This document shows positions 34,545-46,851 of a DNA stretch of 64,000 nucleotides, one piece after another (position 1 is the first letter of the stretch; each line of letters opens with the position of its first letter). The translations under genes and the position numbers were made by a program. The notes under the pieces were generated by a model. It saw only the letters and a program-made list of their open reading frames with translations, made no database searches and was not told the DNA's origin. The DNA is from the human T2T-CHM13v2.0 reference genome, Homo sapiens, in the NCBI RefSeq assembly GCF_009914755.1, contig NC_060930.1; one strand, written 5' to 3'.

Positions 34545-34720
34545 CCTACATCCTCATTTACCAGCTACTGAACCGCTCTGCATTTCATTTTTCTGATTTT
34601 TAAAAGAGGGGCCCTATTACACATAAGTCATAGAATTGTTGTGAGATTGAGTTCAGATGAGTAGGACTCAAGAGTGCCTGCAAATAGTAAGTGCTCAATA
34701 GATGTTAACCTCTATTATTT
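34545..34720 (+). mobile_element. MIR fragment
   Basis: ...catagaattgttgtgagatt...agagtgcctg...tagtaagtgctcaatagatgtta. Confidence 0.6.
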
Positions 34721-35159
34721 CCGCCTGGGCTGGGTGCACATCACAGCCCCATTTCATCATGCAGGGGGGTCAAGGGAGCACATTCAGGGGGCACATCACT
34801 GACCGGCAGAAACAGGCTCTCAAGTAGAGGAGATTCTCAAATTTATGTTTTCAAGAATGAATTGACCAAACAGAAATCAGAGTGAAGTCACTCCAGTAGA
34901 GAGAATTGTATGTGACATTCTCTAAAGGACATGGGATGCTCAAGGAATGGTGTGACTTCCCCAGGACTGAGCCACAGGCCATGGGAGGTAGGAGGTCACC
35001 TGAGTGCCAGCTGAGGCACTTCAGCCACATGTTATTCTGTAGTAAGGAAGGGCCCAGTAGCAGGCTGCTGGCACTTTCCTCAGGGGAGAATGTCAAGAAT
35101 ACTGCAGGTGCCTTAGCCAACTTATATTTTAAAGCAATTAAAAAAAGATGAGGTTCAGC

Positions 35160-35490
35160 ATGAGGAGGCATGATAGCCTTCTTCAATTAACTGGAAGATT
35201 GTCAGGTGCAAAGGAAGTGGACTTCTCTGTGTGACTACAAGCTCAGAACTAGCATGTTGGAATAAAAATCATAAAGCAACAGGTTTCAGCTCAACTTTGG
35301 ATAGAACTTCCTGGCAACTACAGCTGTCAACCAGCGGTCTGGTTTGCCTCACGGTAGAATGTTTTCCAACTCAGGAGTGGTTTGTTGAAGGAGCATCTAC
35401 CAGAAATGGCAAGTAAGGGATTTTGCATTGGCTGATGGGAGATTGTACCCATGACCTCTGAGTCCAATCCCTAACATTCCTGATTTCACA
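35160..35490 (+). mobile_element. CR1/L3 LINE 3' fragment
   Basis: aggtttcagctcaac...agaacttcctg...acagctgtcaacca; 3' end atgacctctgagtc. Confidence 0.5.
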
Positions 35491-37579
35491 GGCATAATCC
35501 AGTTATGCAGGAGACTTAGGAAACAGGGTGGTCTGATATTTTGCTTTTTTTGATAATGCAAAGTAAAGCAGGTAAACATTTCCTTAATGTATATGAATAT
35601 GTTTGTGTACCTCAGTCATTCTGTATGTTAAAATGTTTGAATCTGTTTTCTTTTTAATGACTACTTACCATGCTGTAAGGTCATCCTTTTGAGCAGGAGT
35701 TCTAATTAGTGACATAGACATCAAAAAAGCTAGACATTATCTGAATATATACAACTACCAGCTAAGAATTTGGAAGTTGATATTTCAAATAAATTCCTGA
35801 TTTTATTTTCTAGTCACTATCCTTTGCTCTTCACTGTCGAGGAAACGTCTAGATCTGCCGTGGGAGGCATCTTTTTATTTCTGATAGTGGGCGAAGGGTG
35901 TGGGAGAGGAAAAAGCTGTAGACATGCAGGGGCATGCTTCTGTTTGGTTTCTGTCTCATCAAGCTTCGTTTCCTCTTATAAGAATGGAATCAATTGCGGG
36001 TTTTTGAAATTAAAAATTGTAATTAAATATCTGAGATCTTCAGGTCTTTAAATGTGTGCTTTCTCTTCCACACTGCGGTAACTACGATCATGAAAGTAGT
36101 ACTTACGGAAAGGCACAAGTGCACAGGAATCCATGGCTAAGTGACTTTGTCTTTGGCAAGATGAAGGTGTGAGGGCCAACCCTACAGAAACATGACATCC
36201 CGTCCTCTGCTTCCAATCTCTTCTCCTTCCATTCTTTCCTTCCACACACTAAGTGCCTAATAAATGCTTGTTGAATAAATGTTTGTTTGGTAAGTGTTGC
36301 TTTTGAGGATTCTTCTTGCATTAGGAAATACATGTGATGGAGAAGTTTTACTCTCAACACTGTTGCATTACAGGTGATGGAAAAATCAAAGGTATGCACA
36401 GTTAAGATGAGGATTCAAATTCAGATCAGCTTTACAGAGTGCCAATCTGCAACTTGAATAACTAAATAACTTTATGGATATATTAGCTCATGAAATTTAT
36501 TTTTAGCACAGGAAATGAATATTTCACAGGAAATGAATATTTAACAAAAATCCTGTCTACCATTATGTATAGTGCTATGCATCCGGAGGGCATTCCATTA
36601 GTAAGAGTTTGGTATTGGAGAAGAATTCCTTTTCCTTCTAATTCACAAGGCTGTGGACACTCATATGTTTAAGCCTCTCACATTTAACTCTAATATGTTT
36701 AAGGTTAGAGAGGATCAGGGATAAAATTTAACTTTTTGGTCTTACATATTTATCATTTGCCTACTCATTTGATGGCAAACAGAGATAGTCAAAATAAAAA
36801 CATAATTTCTTTACCCAGAGTTTTAAAGATAAGACCATGAGTATACTTATCACTGTGTACACAGTATGTGAGGTTTTAGCCCTGAATGTGTTCTTTCCTA
36901 TAGCAGAAAGAATCCCAACACGTACACATAAACACACATGCACCACTGTGTTTTGCCCAGCACTTCTCTTTTCAGGAGGGTGTGCTTTTAGTGAGTGTGC
37001 ATTTGCGTTGTTGCCCCAAAGACTCCGAGGGCCACGGAAGCTCCCGGGGAAGCCTGCGGGTTGGCACTCAGGGATGCTGGCTCAGTAACCTGAAGCCATC
37101 ACTGCGGCACCACGGGTTCCCTACACAGTATCTGAATCTTTAAAACTACAGAATGGACTTAGAGTTAGTCAATCATAACATTTAACATTTTATGTTGTCT
37201 TGTGCTGTCTGCTAGAAAATGGGTGAAGCAAACACAACATGTTAATTCAATGTAAACTTGGTGTTTTCTAGGCAAACAAGGCCTGGAGTGTTTTCAAATG
37301 ACCTTCTGTGAAATGTCTATTATCTTCCCCACAAATGAGAGCAAGTGATATACGTGAAAGATATTTTAAAAACTCTGTATTCAATTATTCACACCAAAGG
37401 ATATCCATTAAAATTATGAACATTTCTAAATATATTTCATGTATCATACATATATATATTTTATGTGTATAATTACATATCAACAAAAGAATTCTTGCTG
37501 CTTTAACCATGTAAGTAAAACAAAGATTTTGCAATATAACACTCATATATGCATATATACTGGCTGTTTGAATTATGAA

Positions 37580-37589
37580 TTTATTTACA
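37580..37589 (-). terminator. Candidate distal polyadenylation signal of PDE10A (TGTAAATAAA)
   Basis: AATAAA at 37585-37580, overlapped by TGTA upstream and followed by GU/U-rich sequence (gagtgtatattgc...ttttgtttt). An AATACA variant also lies at 37376-37381. Confidence 0.55.
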
Positions 37590-40500
37590 ACTTGCCTAGA
37601 TTATAATAAATGATTACTGTTCTATTATACAAACATAACAGTAAATGTTTTTTAAATACAAAGACTGCAAATGAATACATGAAAAAATTACACACATGTA
37701 CAATATTTATAATTTATAAATGCAAAGTTAAGACCTCTTTAAATTATTGCACTTGCGCATTTTACAAAGATTTTTGTCATACATATAAAATCATTTTTTA
37801 AAATTTACTAACATCAACTATGATAAAGTTAGATACTGTTAACTTGAAATTCTTTCTCCTTCCAATAGAGAGCCTATTAAAATTCTGGACACAGGTTCAT
37901 TGACTCTACAAATCAGTTCTTCATGAGCATTGTATTTGTGATGGCATATAACCTGTGTTACTCTCCAGTAGTTTTTGGTCAGCAAGATTATCAACAGCAA
38001 ACTCTTAGATGCCTTAGCTACGTTATGGATCTAGGATCTCTTTTGTTCATTTGTTCATGTAAAGAAAACCATCTTGTCTTCTCAGAAAGAATGAAGATGC
38101 TGCATTTGTACAAATTTTGGTAACTATTTCACAGTGTGTTGGGCAAGCATGTAATTTCAAATAGGTAGGGGCATTGTATAGAAACACCTTCTCTGGGTAA
38201 ATCTATTACACTCTGAACTTGCACACGAAATGAACACATAGCATATACACCATACAACAGATCATATGGAAAATAATATTCCTATATGTCATTTATATAG
38301 GCTATCAGAGATACAGCATAGGACTGGGTATTAAGGTGACTAAAGAAAAAGACAAAGGCTGTAACGCCCAAGATATAATATTTCAGTTGGGCTAGAGTAT
38401 CAGATTATACACTTTTAGAACCTAACTTACAATAGAAACAAAACCCTTCTGCTTAAACTTCTGCAAATACACAGTACCTCAAAAACATCAGAGGAAAACT
38501 GAAATATGTAAACTGACTTCCCTACTTAGTAAGCCCTGGATTCAGCTGTAAGTTTCCACCTTGGTCCTGAGGTGACATTATCCTTTGCCTCACAGGGCCA
38601 CACCTGGCCCTGTGTGCCATTGATTAGTTTTCTCCCACTTGCAGGAAAGAGCACGTAGGCTCTGTACGGCTTTGCAAGCCCTGCTCTCCATTGCTGGGTT
38701 GAGAAGAGAAACATCAAGTGAGGACAGCATTGCTTCTTCGGATGTTAAATGTGTTTCTTAGGTAACATTAATGTCTTTCTCTTTGTTCTATCTTCTTAAT
38801 TTAGAACCAGCACACCGTTGACACTTTTTAATTTTTTCTTGCTATTTTTATCATATAAAATGCTTCCAACGCTACAGACAACCAAAATATTCCGTTGGAA
38901 AAAAGACAAAAAAGTGTGCACTGCATTGGATATTACTAATTTAAACAATATAAATGGTTAAAGAAGTCAGCAAAATGTGTATTGGCTAAATACTTATGCA
39001 CATGTAAAAATCTCATGGCCATGCGCTGAAAGCATGGGGAAACTATAACGGATGACATACTTGGCTGATTTACATTTTACATAATTTAAAAATCAGATGA
39101 ATACTTGCAGTAGAAGAGATCCACTATAGTGACTAAATGAATATAGTCTTTAAAGAATTAAATCCTAAATAAAATCTGCAAAGTGTAGAAAGCAAACATA
39201 TGTTCGAAATATGTAAAGAGAGAAGTGATTTTAAAAATCATGCTTAGGTACCTGAAACCCCCCAAAATCACATCATAACCAGTGTCACAGTTCTCTGAAG
39301 TTCTTGCCGAAAAGACTGACTCTGAACAGTTCACTGGTTATAGTCACCAGGGTATATGTCAATGAAGTCAAATAAAGAACAGAAATCTGATGAGGAGAGA
39401 ATGGTCCTATTCATTCAACTTGATAAAATGAATTGTGCGTTCCTGCAAATATTTTCAATTATACTTAAGCAAGAAAAGCAAAATAATAAATACATGAATG
39501 AAGAAGTAAAATTGCAGTATTTAAAATAAAGGCACAGGCCAAGGCAGGTGAATAATTTAGTCCTATTAAAGCTCAAACCTTAATTTTGAGTTAAAAGACC
39601 AGAAACACAATACCCAAACCTAAACCTATTAAAAAACCCAGGTATCTAAGGATTTATGCATCTATTTATATCCTGTACAATACAGGATTTGTCTCGCATA
39701 CACAAATATACCAATAAAGAAAAATTAACTGAGATTTTACAAAATGAAAAAAAATCTAAAAAGCATGCCAAAAAAGAGGAAATCTATTATTGAACACATC
39801 TAGTTTCCAATTAGTTGCTTTTGTTGTGGTGAGAACGAGTCACCTGGGGCACCACTGTAAACATCTGTACCTTCCTTTTCCATTGAAGAGTCAGGAATGG
39901 GAACGATTGTGTCTAATATTTTGGTCTCTTTTGCAAGATGGGTTTTTCATACACCTCTTAGAGAGAAGTACAGCTGGGAAATGGACCAGAGTCTCTGCCC
40001 TATTAATAGGGCTATTTTTTAGAATTAGTTTCCACATCCATTGTATTTCTTTTGACCCTTTTCTAATTAATCAATTCACATTGCCCGAATTCAATATTCC
40101 ATGTTATTGGCAGGCATTTATGTTTCCAAGGACATTTTTAGCTAAAAAACATATTCACTGTGTCCAAAAAGATAATGGAATAATTGCATATGACCATAAA
40201 ACTTGTCTATTATAAACCAACATAACCAACAAAAGTATCTGCAAATTGAATATCCTACATATGCTCATAGCGGGTTACTAAATTTATACTGGGTGGAAAA
40301 TTTGGCACAATACACAATACGACCTTAATAGGAACTCATCAAAGCTGTTGTTAGTAAAAACCATCTCTTGGCTTCTGGTGTCACACTGTTCTTTTAAGAA
40401 AAGATCTGGGAACAAGACAAGAAACATGACCCGAAAGTCTGTCTCCTAAACATCTGACAAAATACAAAAATACTCCTAACTGCATGTTTTCCAAAACAAA

Positions 40501-41179
40501 TCATTAACTAAATATCACTGCAACCCGGGTCCTTTTATTTTAGGTAAATCTGTGATTACTAAGTAAATCTTACACATGGTAAAAGCAATATTGACAGTTT
40601 ATATCAGAATTCAGTCTTTTGTTCAAGCTGTGCTTCTATTATGACAATATTTCACAAGAAATTAACCAACCAGTAAATCCAATCACATTCCTTTGGGAAA
40701 CTGTTCTAAATAGAGATTACATAATACACTTGACTATAATAAATTAAGAGAATTTTCTGTAATAACCTAAAAATGTAAATGTAGCCATGAGATTCCTAAC
40801 TCCATAATTATTTTCTATATTAAAAAACAGAATTCATACATTCTTTTAAAATTCTTGTAATTAAACAATAATCTTAAATAATATATCCCTTCCTGAAATT
40901 CCATCTCCAAGCGAAATGAGATAACTAAACTAACTTTTGTGACTAAAGCTGTGTTTGGTAGACTCCAGCTTCATAAATTTGTATGCAGAAAAATATGTAT
41001 CTTGTTCAAATTCAATTATATGATACACTAACACAAAAATGACACTTTCTTGTCAACTGTCAAGTGATATGCATTTTCCATCAAGAAAAATCATTGTTCT
41101 TAAAGAATGGGAGAATGGGGCTGATTTATATTTTTTCCTACATGTTTGCTTCTCTCTTCCTCTCTTTCCTTCTGTCTCT

Positions 41180-41315
41180 CGTGTGTGTGTATGTGTATGT
41201 ATCATATATACACATATGTATACGTTTACATACATGAGTGTGTATCCTATATACATCTATGTGTGTGTTCTACATATATTACATCCATCCATATATATAT
41301 GTGTGTGTATATATC
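41180..41315. repeat. (TG)/(TA)-rich low-complexity tract in the PDE10A 3' UTR
   Basis: gtgtgtgtgtatgtgtatgtatcatatatacacatatg... Confidence 0.75.
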
Positions 41316-43097
41316 TAGCCACAGTGGTACTTCTCTCTCTTTTGTTATTACATTTTACCTCATAGTGTATAATGAAAATAGCAAATGGAGCTCCACGGAG
41401 GGAAGATGGCAACTTTCAGAAGCCCACAAGAAAACTGAACACATAGTGTTAATTTTAAAATAAGAACAATGTTTATGTAGAGCCAACTTTGCTACAACAT
41501 AAATAAACCATGTTGTAGAAGCCTCTGATTTAATTTTGCACAAACCAGGCTCATATGAACAAAACGCCTATGGTGGTAAATATGTAGAAGCATATTTTTC
41601 CATTTTATTAAAAGCGATATTCCAGTTTCCTGCCACATGAAAAGTGAATAAGTTATTTGATATGATGGGCCTGTCACTTCCTGAGTGAGTCTCTGTCTAA
41701 TTCAGGTTTGGAGGTTACCGTGCCATTGCACTAAAAATCTTTAAATTATTAAAATGCGCCAGAAGTGACTGCTTTATCATCTTTGTAGGAAGGGGTGCAG
41801 AGTATTACTTTCGTATTTTTTAAAACACTTACATTGTATAGTAATACTGGTCAACCAAAAAGGTGTATAGAAGAAACCATCGAAACCCACAGGCTTCTAT
41901 GGAGTGATCTGATCTGTGAGAAGAGTAAAGAGAACAGAAAGAAGGTCCAACATGATTGTACTACTTTCTGCTCTGTTTCTGTGCTATGGACAGAAAGCTC
42001 ATGAAATACGACCGTGCAGTACGTGGAAGAGATAAGTGAGAGGTGACTGCGGCAGGTCAGAGTAAAATTACAAAATACACTTTTTATGGTTTGATGTTTA
42101 AAAGAGAACTGTATGGTATTTTAATTAAACAATGTTTAAAATAAACTTTTCATTGTGAATGAGAGTCTAAAATTCTGCAATGACACAAAGTGAAAATATA
42201 AAGGAATCATTATGAAAAATGTACCCTTCGTATCCATAAGACTTGTCCATTAAAAAAATTACAATGCCGAGCTTTTATTTTGTTCTTTATGCAAAGGGTT
42301 CAGTAAAACTGCCAAGACAACAACAAAAACAATTTTAAAAACTGACATCTTTTGAACTGCTACTTGAAGTTCTGAGATTTATTGTAACATATACCTCATC
42401 TCTTCTCAAAAAGACAGGAAGTCTACTTCGTCTAGTGTTAAATTTATTGATCTCAGCCCTTTAGGTTGAACTTAAAGAATTATGTTTAGTCTAACTAAAT
42501 TCATGAAGCTCTGAAATAAGAGTTTGACGTTTTGCCATCATTTCTTACTCTGTAACCTCAACGACATTTGTCCTGAGGCTGTGGACTACAACTCAAGTTA
42601 ATTACAAGTAGGTCATACATGAACATTCACCATTCACAATAGTAATGTGTAAAAATTCCTATTTATATCCAACAACATCAAAGCAACATTGATGTTAAAG
42701 CCCAAGTACAATACCATAATAGTACCATTTTAAACCCTTATTAGAAAGATACAATGGAAAAGTACCCCTTCTGGATAATTTTTGTCCATTTCCTTTAAGG
42801 CCTCAGCAATATTAGCCTATTAGAAAAGGCTGGTTTGCAAGTCAAATGGAGTCACTTGGCCAGCTGATTTCTGAACGTGGGGGTGGTCCTGGTTGCTCAG
42901 TGTCTATGATGCCTCACAGAAGAGATTGGCAGGAAGTCCTCTGCTTGACTTATTTATTTGATGTTACCTTCTTGAAGAGGTTTGCACCCCAGTTACCAGG
43001 TGCAGGTTCCCCCCACCCCCCCCAAAAAAAGGAAAAGAATGTCAAAGAAGCAAGATGAGGATCTGTAGGTGGGACAGCGTGTCAGGGTGACCAGTGC

Positions 43098-43265
<168 letters not shown>

Positions 43266-44338
43266 CTAACCAAACAGTCCTGTGGCACAGCTCTGCACAA
43301 CGGCATTGTGTGGGGCCCTCCGACATGGTTACCAGCACGACGTGGCCAGGCAGGTTCCTGTGATGGCTGTTCAGGAAAGAGATTCAGAGGTGCCAGAGGG
43401 TCAGGGGCACCTTGGTCCATCCGCTCTGGACCGCGAAAGCAGCAGAAATGCTAGGGCTCAGCATACGTCCTTTCTTAGAAAGAAGGATTAACTTGAACAG
43501 GGAAAGAGCCCTAGGGTTTACTACTGAGGAATACGCGGGATCGTGCAAAGGAGGTGGTCCCAGAGCAGTAGGAACACTTGGTGACAACACGGACCTTCCT
43601 ACTGAGAAATGTCGACAGTGCATCTCCCAGGAGGCCTAAACCTCATCATCTTACACTTGTTCTTATTCTGAACAGTGTGTCGTATGTACAAAGTCATCCT
43701 AAGTTACACCTGGCAAAACTTCGGAAATTTTCTTGTTACAGTAAAACCGTGTTTGTGCTCTGGTAAGTCCTCACCCGAGGCAGTCTCATTTCTCGAGTCC
43801 TCTAATCTTTCTCTCTCAGTGTCTGTGGTTCAAGCTTCACAGGCATCGTCATCTTCTCTAACTGCGTGATCACAACCACTGCACAACCATCTTACTCTAC
43901 ATGGCTACCCTGGCAGAGCTCTTAGCCACATTCCTGTGTGAAGTCACATGGGAATCTTGGCATTGGGAAATACAAAACTCCTATGAGACACAGTTTTAAA
44001 ATTCTCTCAAATTTCTTTTAGCAAACATGCTAAGACACATTCAGATAGACAAAACCCTAAAATATAACTGAAAAGTGTAGCCCTTTTAACTTTTGTAACA
44101 TATCATCAAGTATTATTTTTCCAGACCCTAGAGACTTCTGATATATTGGAAAAAGCCATACACTAATTTTGGTATGTTTCCTTGGACACCGATGATACAT
44201 CATACGCTTTTTAAGCGTTAATAAGATTAAAATGGCCTTTAAGAAGTTATGTGGTCCAGCCAAGTATACTGAAGCAGGAATGAGGCAGAGCTGCCCACAC
44301 AGTGGACACCGTGTTCTCAGAGCTCCACAAGGAAGGCA

Positions 44339-44562
44339 CCTCCATAGCGCCCTACAGCGCCGGGCACGCGCCTCCATAGCGCCTTACAGCGCCGGGCACG
44401 CGCCTCCATAGCGCCCTACAGCGCCGGGCACGCGCCTCCATAGCGCCCTACAGCGCCGGGCACGCGCCTCCATAGCGCCCTACAGCGCCGGGCACGCGCC
44501 TCTATAGCGCCCTACAGCGCCGGGCACACGCCTCCATAGCGCCCTACAGCGCCGGGCATGCA
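44339..44562. repeat. 32-bp CpG-rich VNTR, 7 copies, in the last intron of PDE10A
   Basis: Unit cctccatagcgccctacagcgccgggcacgcg; copies are near-identical. Confidence 0.96.
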
Positions 44563-46173
44563 CAGTCAGCACTCATGACCTGGCTTCCAAGTACCTGGCA
44601 TAAAACACACAGAATTTCTGGACAGGAAAGGACTTTTGAAGATATTGGTTTAAACAACATCTTTGAATTTACATTGATATCCCACTTTCTCTTTAATTTT
44701 GCACACACTTTTATAACCTAATTCCTTCAAGAATGATCTGGCCTCACACTCCATATTGCCCATTATGACTTAGGCCTTTGTAATAAGGTAAGATTTTAAT
44801 AAACTAACCAGGGATTAAGGTCAATTAAGGCTCAACAGAACAAGGTGGGATGCTACGTTTATATCCACAGGAGCAGGAAGGAAGGAGAAACCGTTTCTTA
44901 AATATTATATATATAAAATTTTTAATATTGCTTATTGGTCTTTCCTTGAAAAAAGCAGAAAAAAAATTTCAACAGCAGAAGATAAGAGTATACTAAGTTT
45001 CTGGTTTTGTGTAAAACTCTCTGGCCAGTGTCTGTTCTCCGTCCTCCCACAGGGCATCCACTCCAACCCACCCCAGGCAGAGCTATGGCTAAGTAGTTAA
45101 AACATGGCCCGGAGCCAATTCACCTAGAAAAGACTCACACGCACAGCTGCTGGCTATAACCCTTTGACTTCCTCAGAGGGAATTTATAAAGTAAAATGAA
45201 AATCTTTAAAAATATCCAAGGTTCTTAACCGAGTTCACTCTTTAAAAAGGATAAGAATGGAATAGGGAGAAATAATGAATCTAGAAGAGATAACGATGCT
45301 TAAATGTCTTTCTGGAATGAGAAAAAGACTTAAAGAGGAAGCGGTTATTCAAAATTTAAGGTCCCCTTCTTCCATTTAAACAACAAACTGTGTGATCTAG
45401 TCAGCCTCTTCCTGCACAGGCATCCTCAATAGACACCATTACCTTGTCTTTTTAAAAACAGCATTGGGCAGGTCCTCTGCAAAATAACAATAATAATAAA
45501 AACTTCTTCCTCCTTTTTGGTGTATGAAGGACTTGATATGAATAGACACTCTTCACATATACATAGTGTACTACATAGGGACATACTGTGGCTGTACGAG
45601 TCATGAGAGCCAGGGGCCCCTCTTGCAGGACTGACTCCATGTCTCACTTAGCAGAATAAGGCAGCCTGGCCAAGGGCTTCTATCCCAGGCCTGAGGACCT
45701 CCAGGGACAAGGTCCCTTCAGCACAGATGCAGCTCTCATTAGGCTTGAAACCAAGCTGCCTTGCAAGAACCACACACATGCCCTTTCTCAAAGAAAGACC
45801 TGGCACCCCACTCAGACTGAACGTGGGCATAAGAAAGCGAGAAGGGTCTCCCACACCGAGACAGAGGCCCTCCCAGTCACTCGGTCATCTGGGCCCTGAC
45901 TGTGTCTGGCCCCAGCCCCCAGCCTGTTCCCACTGTCCCTCTCTTCAGAGTGTGGCCAGAAGAAGCTACCCAAGCACCCAAGGTGCCTGAGGCTCGTCTT
46001 TGAGGAGAATTGAACCAAAGGGGAGAAGTCGTGGCCCTGGGGAAGCCAGGTAAGGAGGCCCCGAGTCCCTGAGCACAACAACTCGACATCTAGACAAACA
46101 CACAGACCACAACACACTAGTGGGGTACAAAAATCCTATACAGATCTCAGTGTTGTTGGAAACAATATTTTTA

Positions 46174-46440
<267 letters not shown>

Positions 46441-46540
46441 CTATTATAGACTGTATTTTAAAATGCATTAAAATGGATTCTAGAAATAAAACACATGAAG
46501 ATTCAAAACATATTACAAAGGTTAATACCTACTGAAATCT

Positions 46541-46851
46541 GGCCGGGCGCGGTGGCTCACGCCTGTAATCCCAGCACTTTGGGAGGCCGAGGCGGGTGGA
46601 TCACGAGGTCAGGAGATCGAGACCATCCTGGCTAACAAGGTGAAACCCCGTCTCTACTAAAAATACAAAAAATTAGCTGGGCGCGGTGGCAGGCGCCTGT
46701 AGTCCCAGCTACTCGGGAGGCTGAGGCAGGACAATGGCGTCAACCCGGGAAGCGGAGCTTGCAGTGAGCCGAGATTGCGCCACTGCAGTCCGCAGTCCGG
46801 CCTGGGCGACAGAGCGAGACTCCGTCTCAAAAAAAAAAAAAAAAAAAAAAA
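46541..46851 (+). mobile_element. AluYb8-lineage element (Yb7-like)
   Basis: Diagnostic 7-nt duplication gcagtccgcagtccg, plus ctaacaaggtg, gggaagcgg and gagattgcg. It keeps C in gatcacgagg. Pure A tail and perfect 17-bp TSD aatacctactgaaatct (46524-40, 46852-68). Confidence 0.95.

Larger units (their letters stand above)
37560..43097 (-). other. PDE10A: PDE10A long 3' UTR (distal end approximate)
   Basis: AT-rich, essentially repeat-free tract after the TGA. Minus-strand AATAAA at 42953, 42443, 42378, 42275, 41604, 40534 and 37580. Confidence 0.7.

Noticed and set aside
44339-44562. Confident CTCF site array
   Set aside because: The best alignment has T at a near-invariant G of the core, so it is kept only as a hypothesis.
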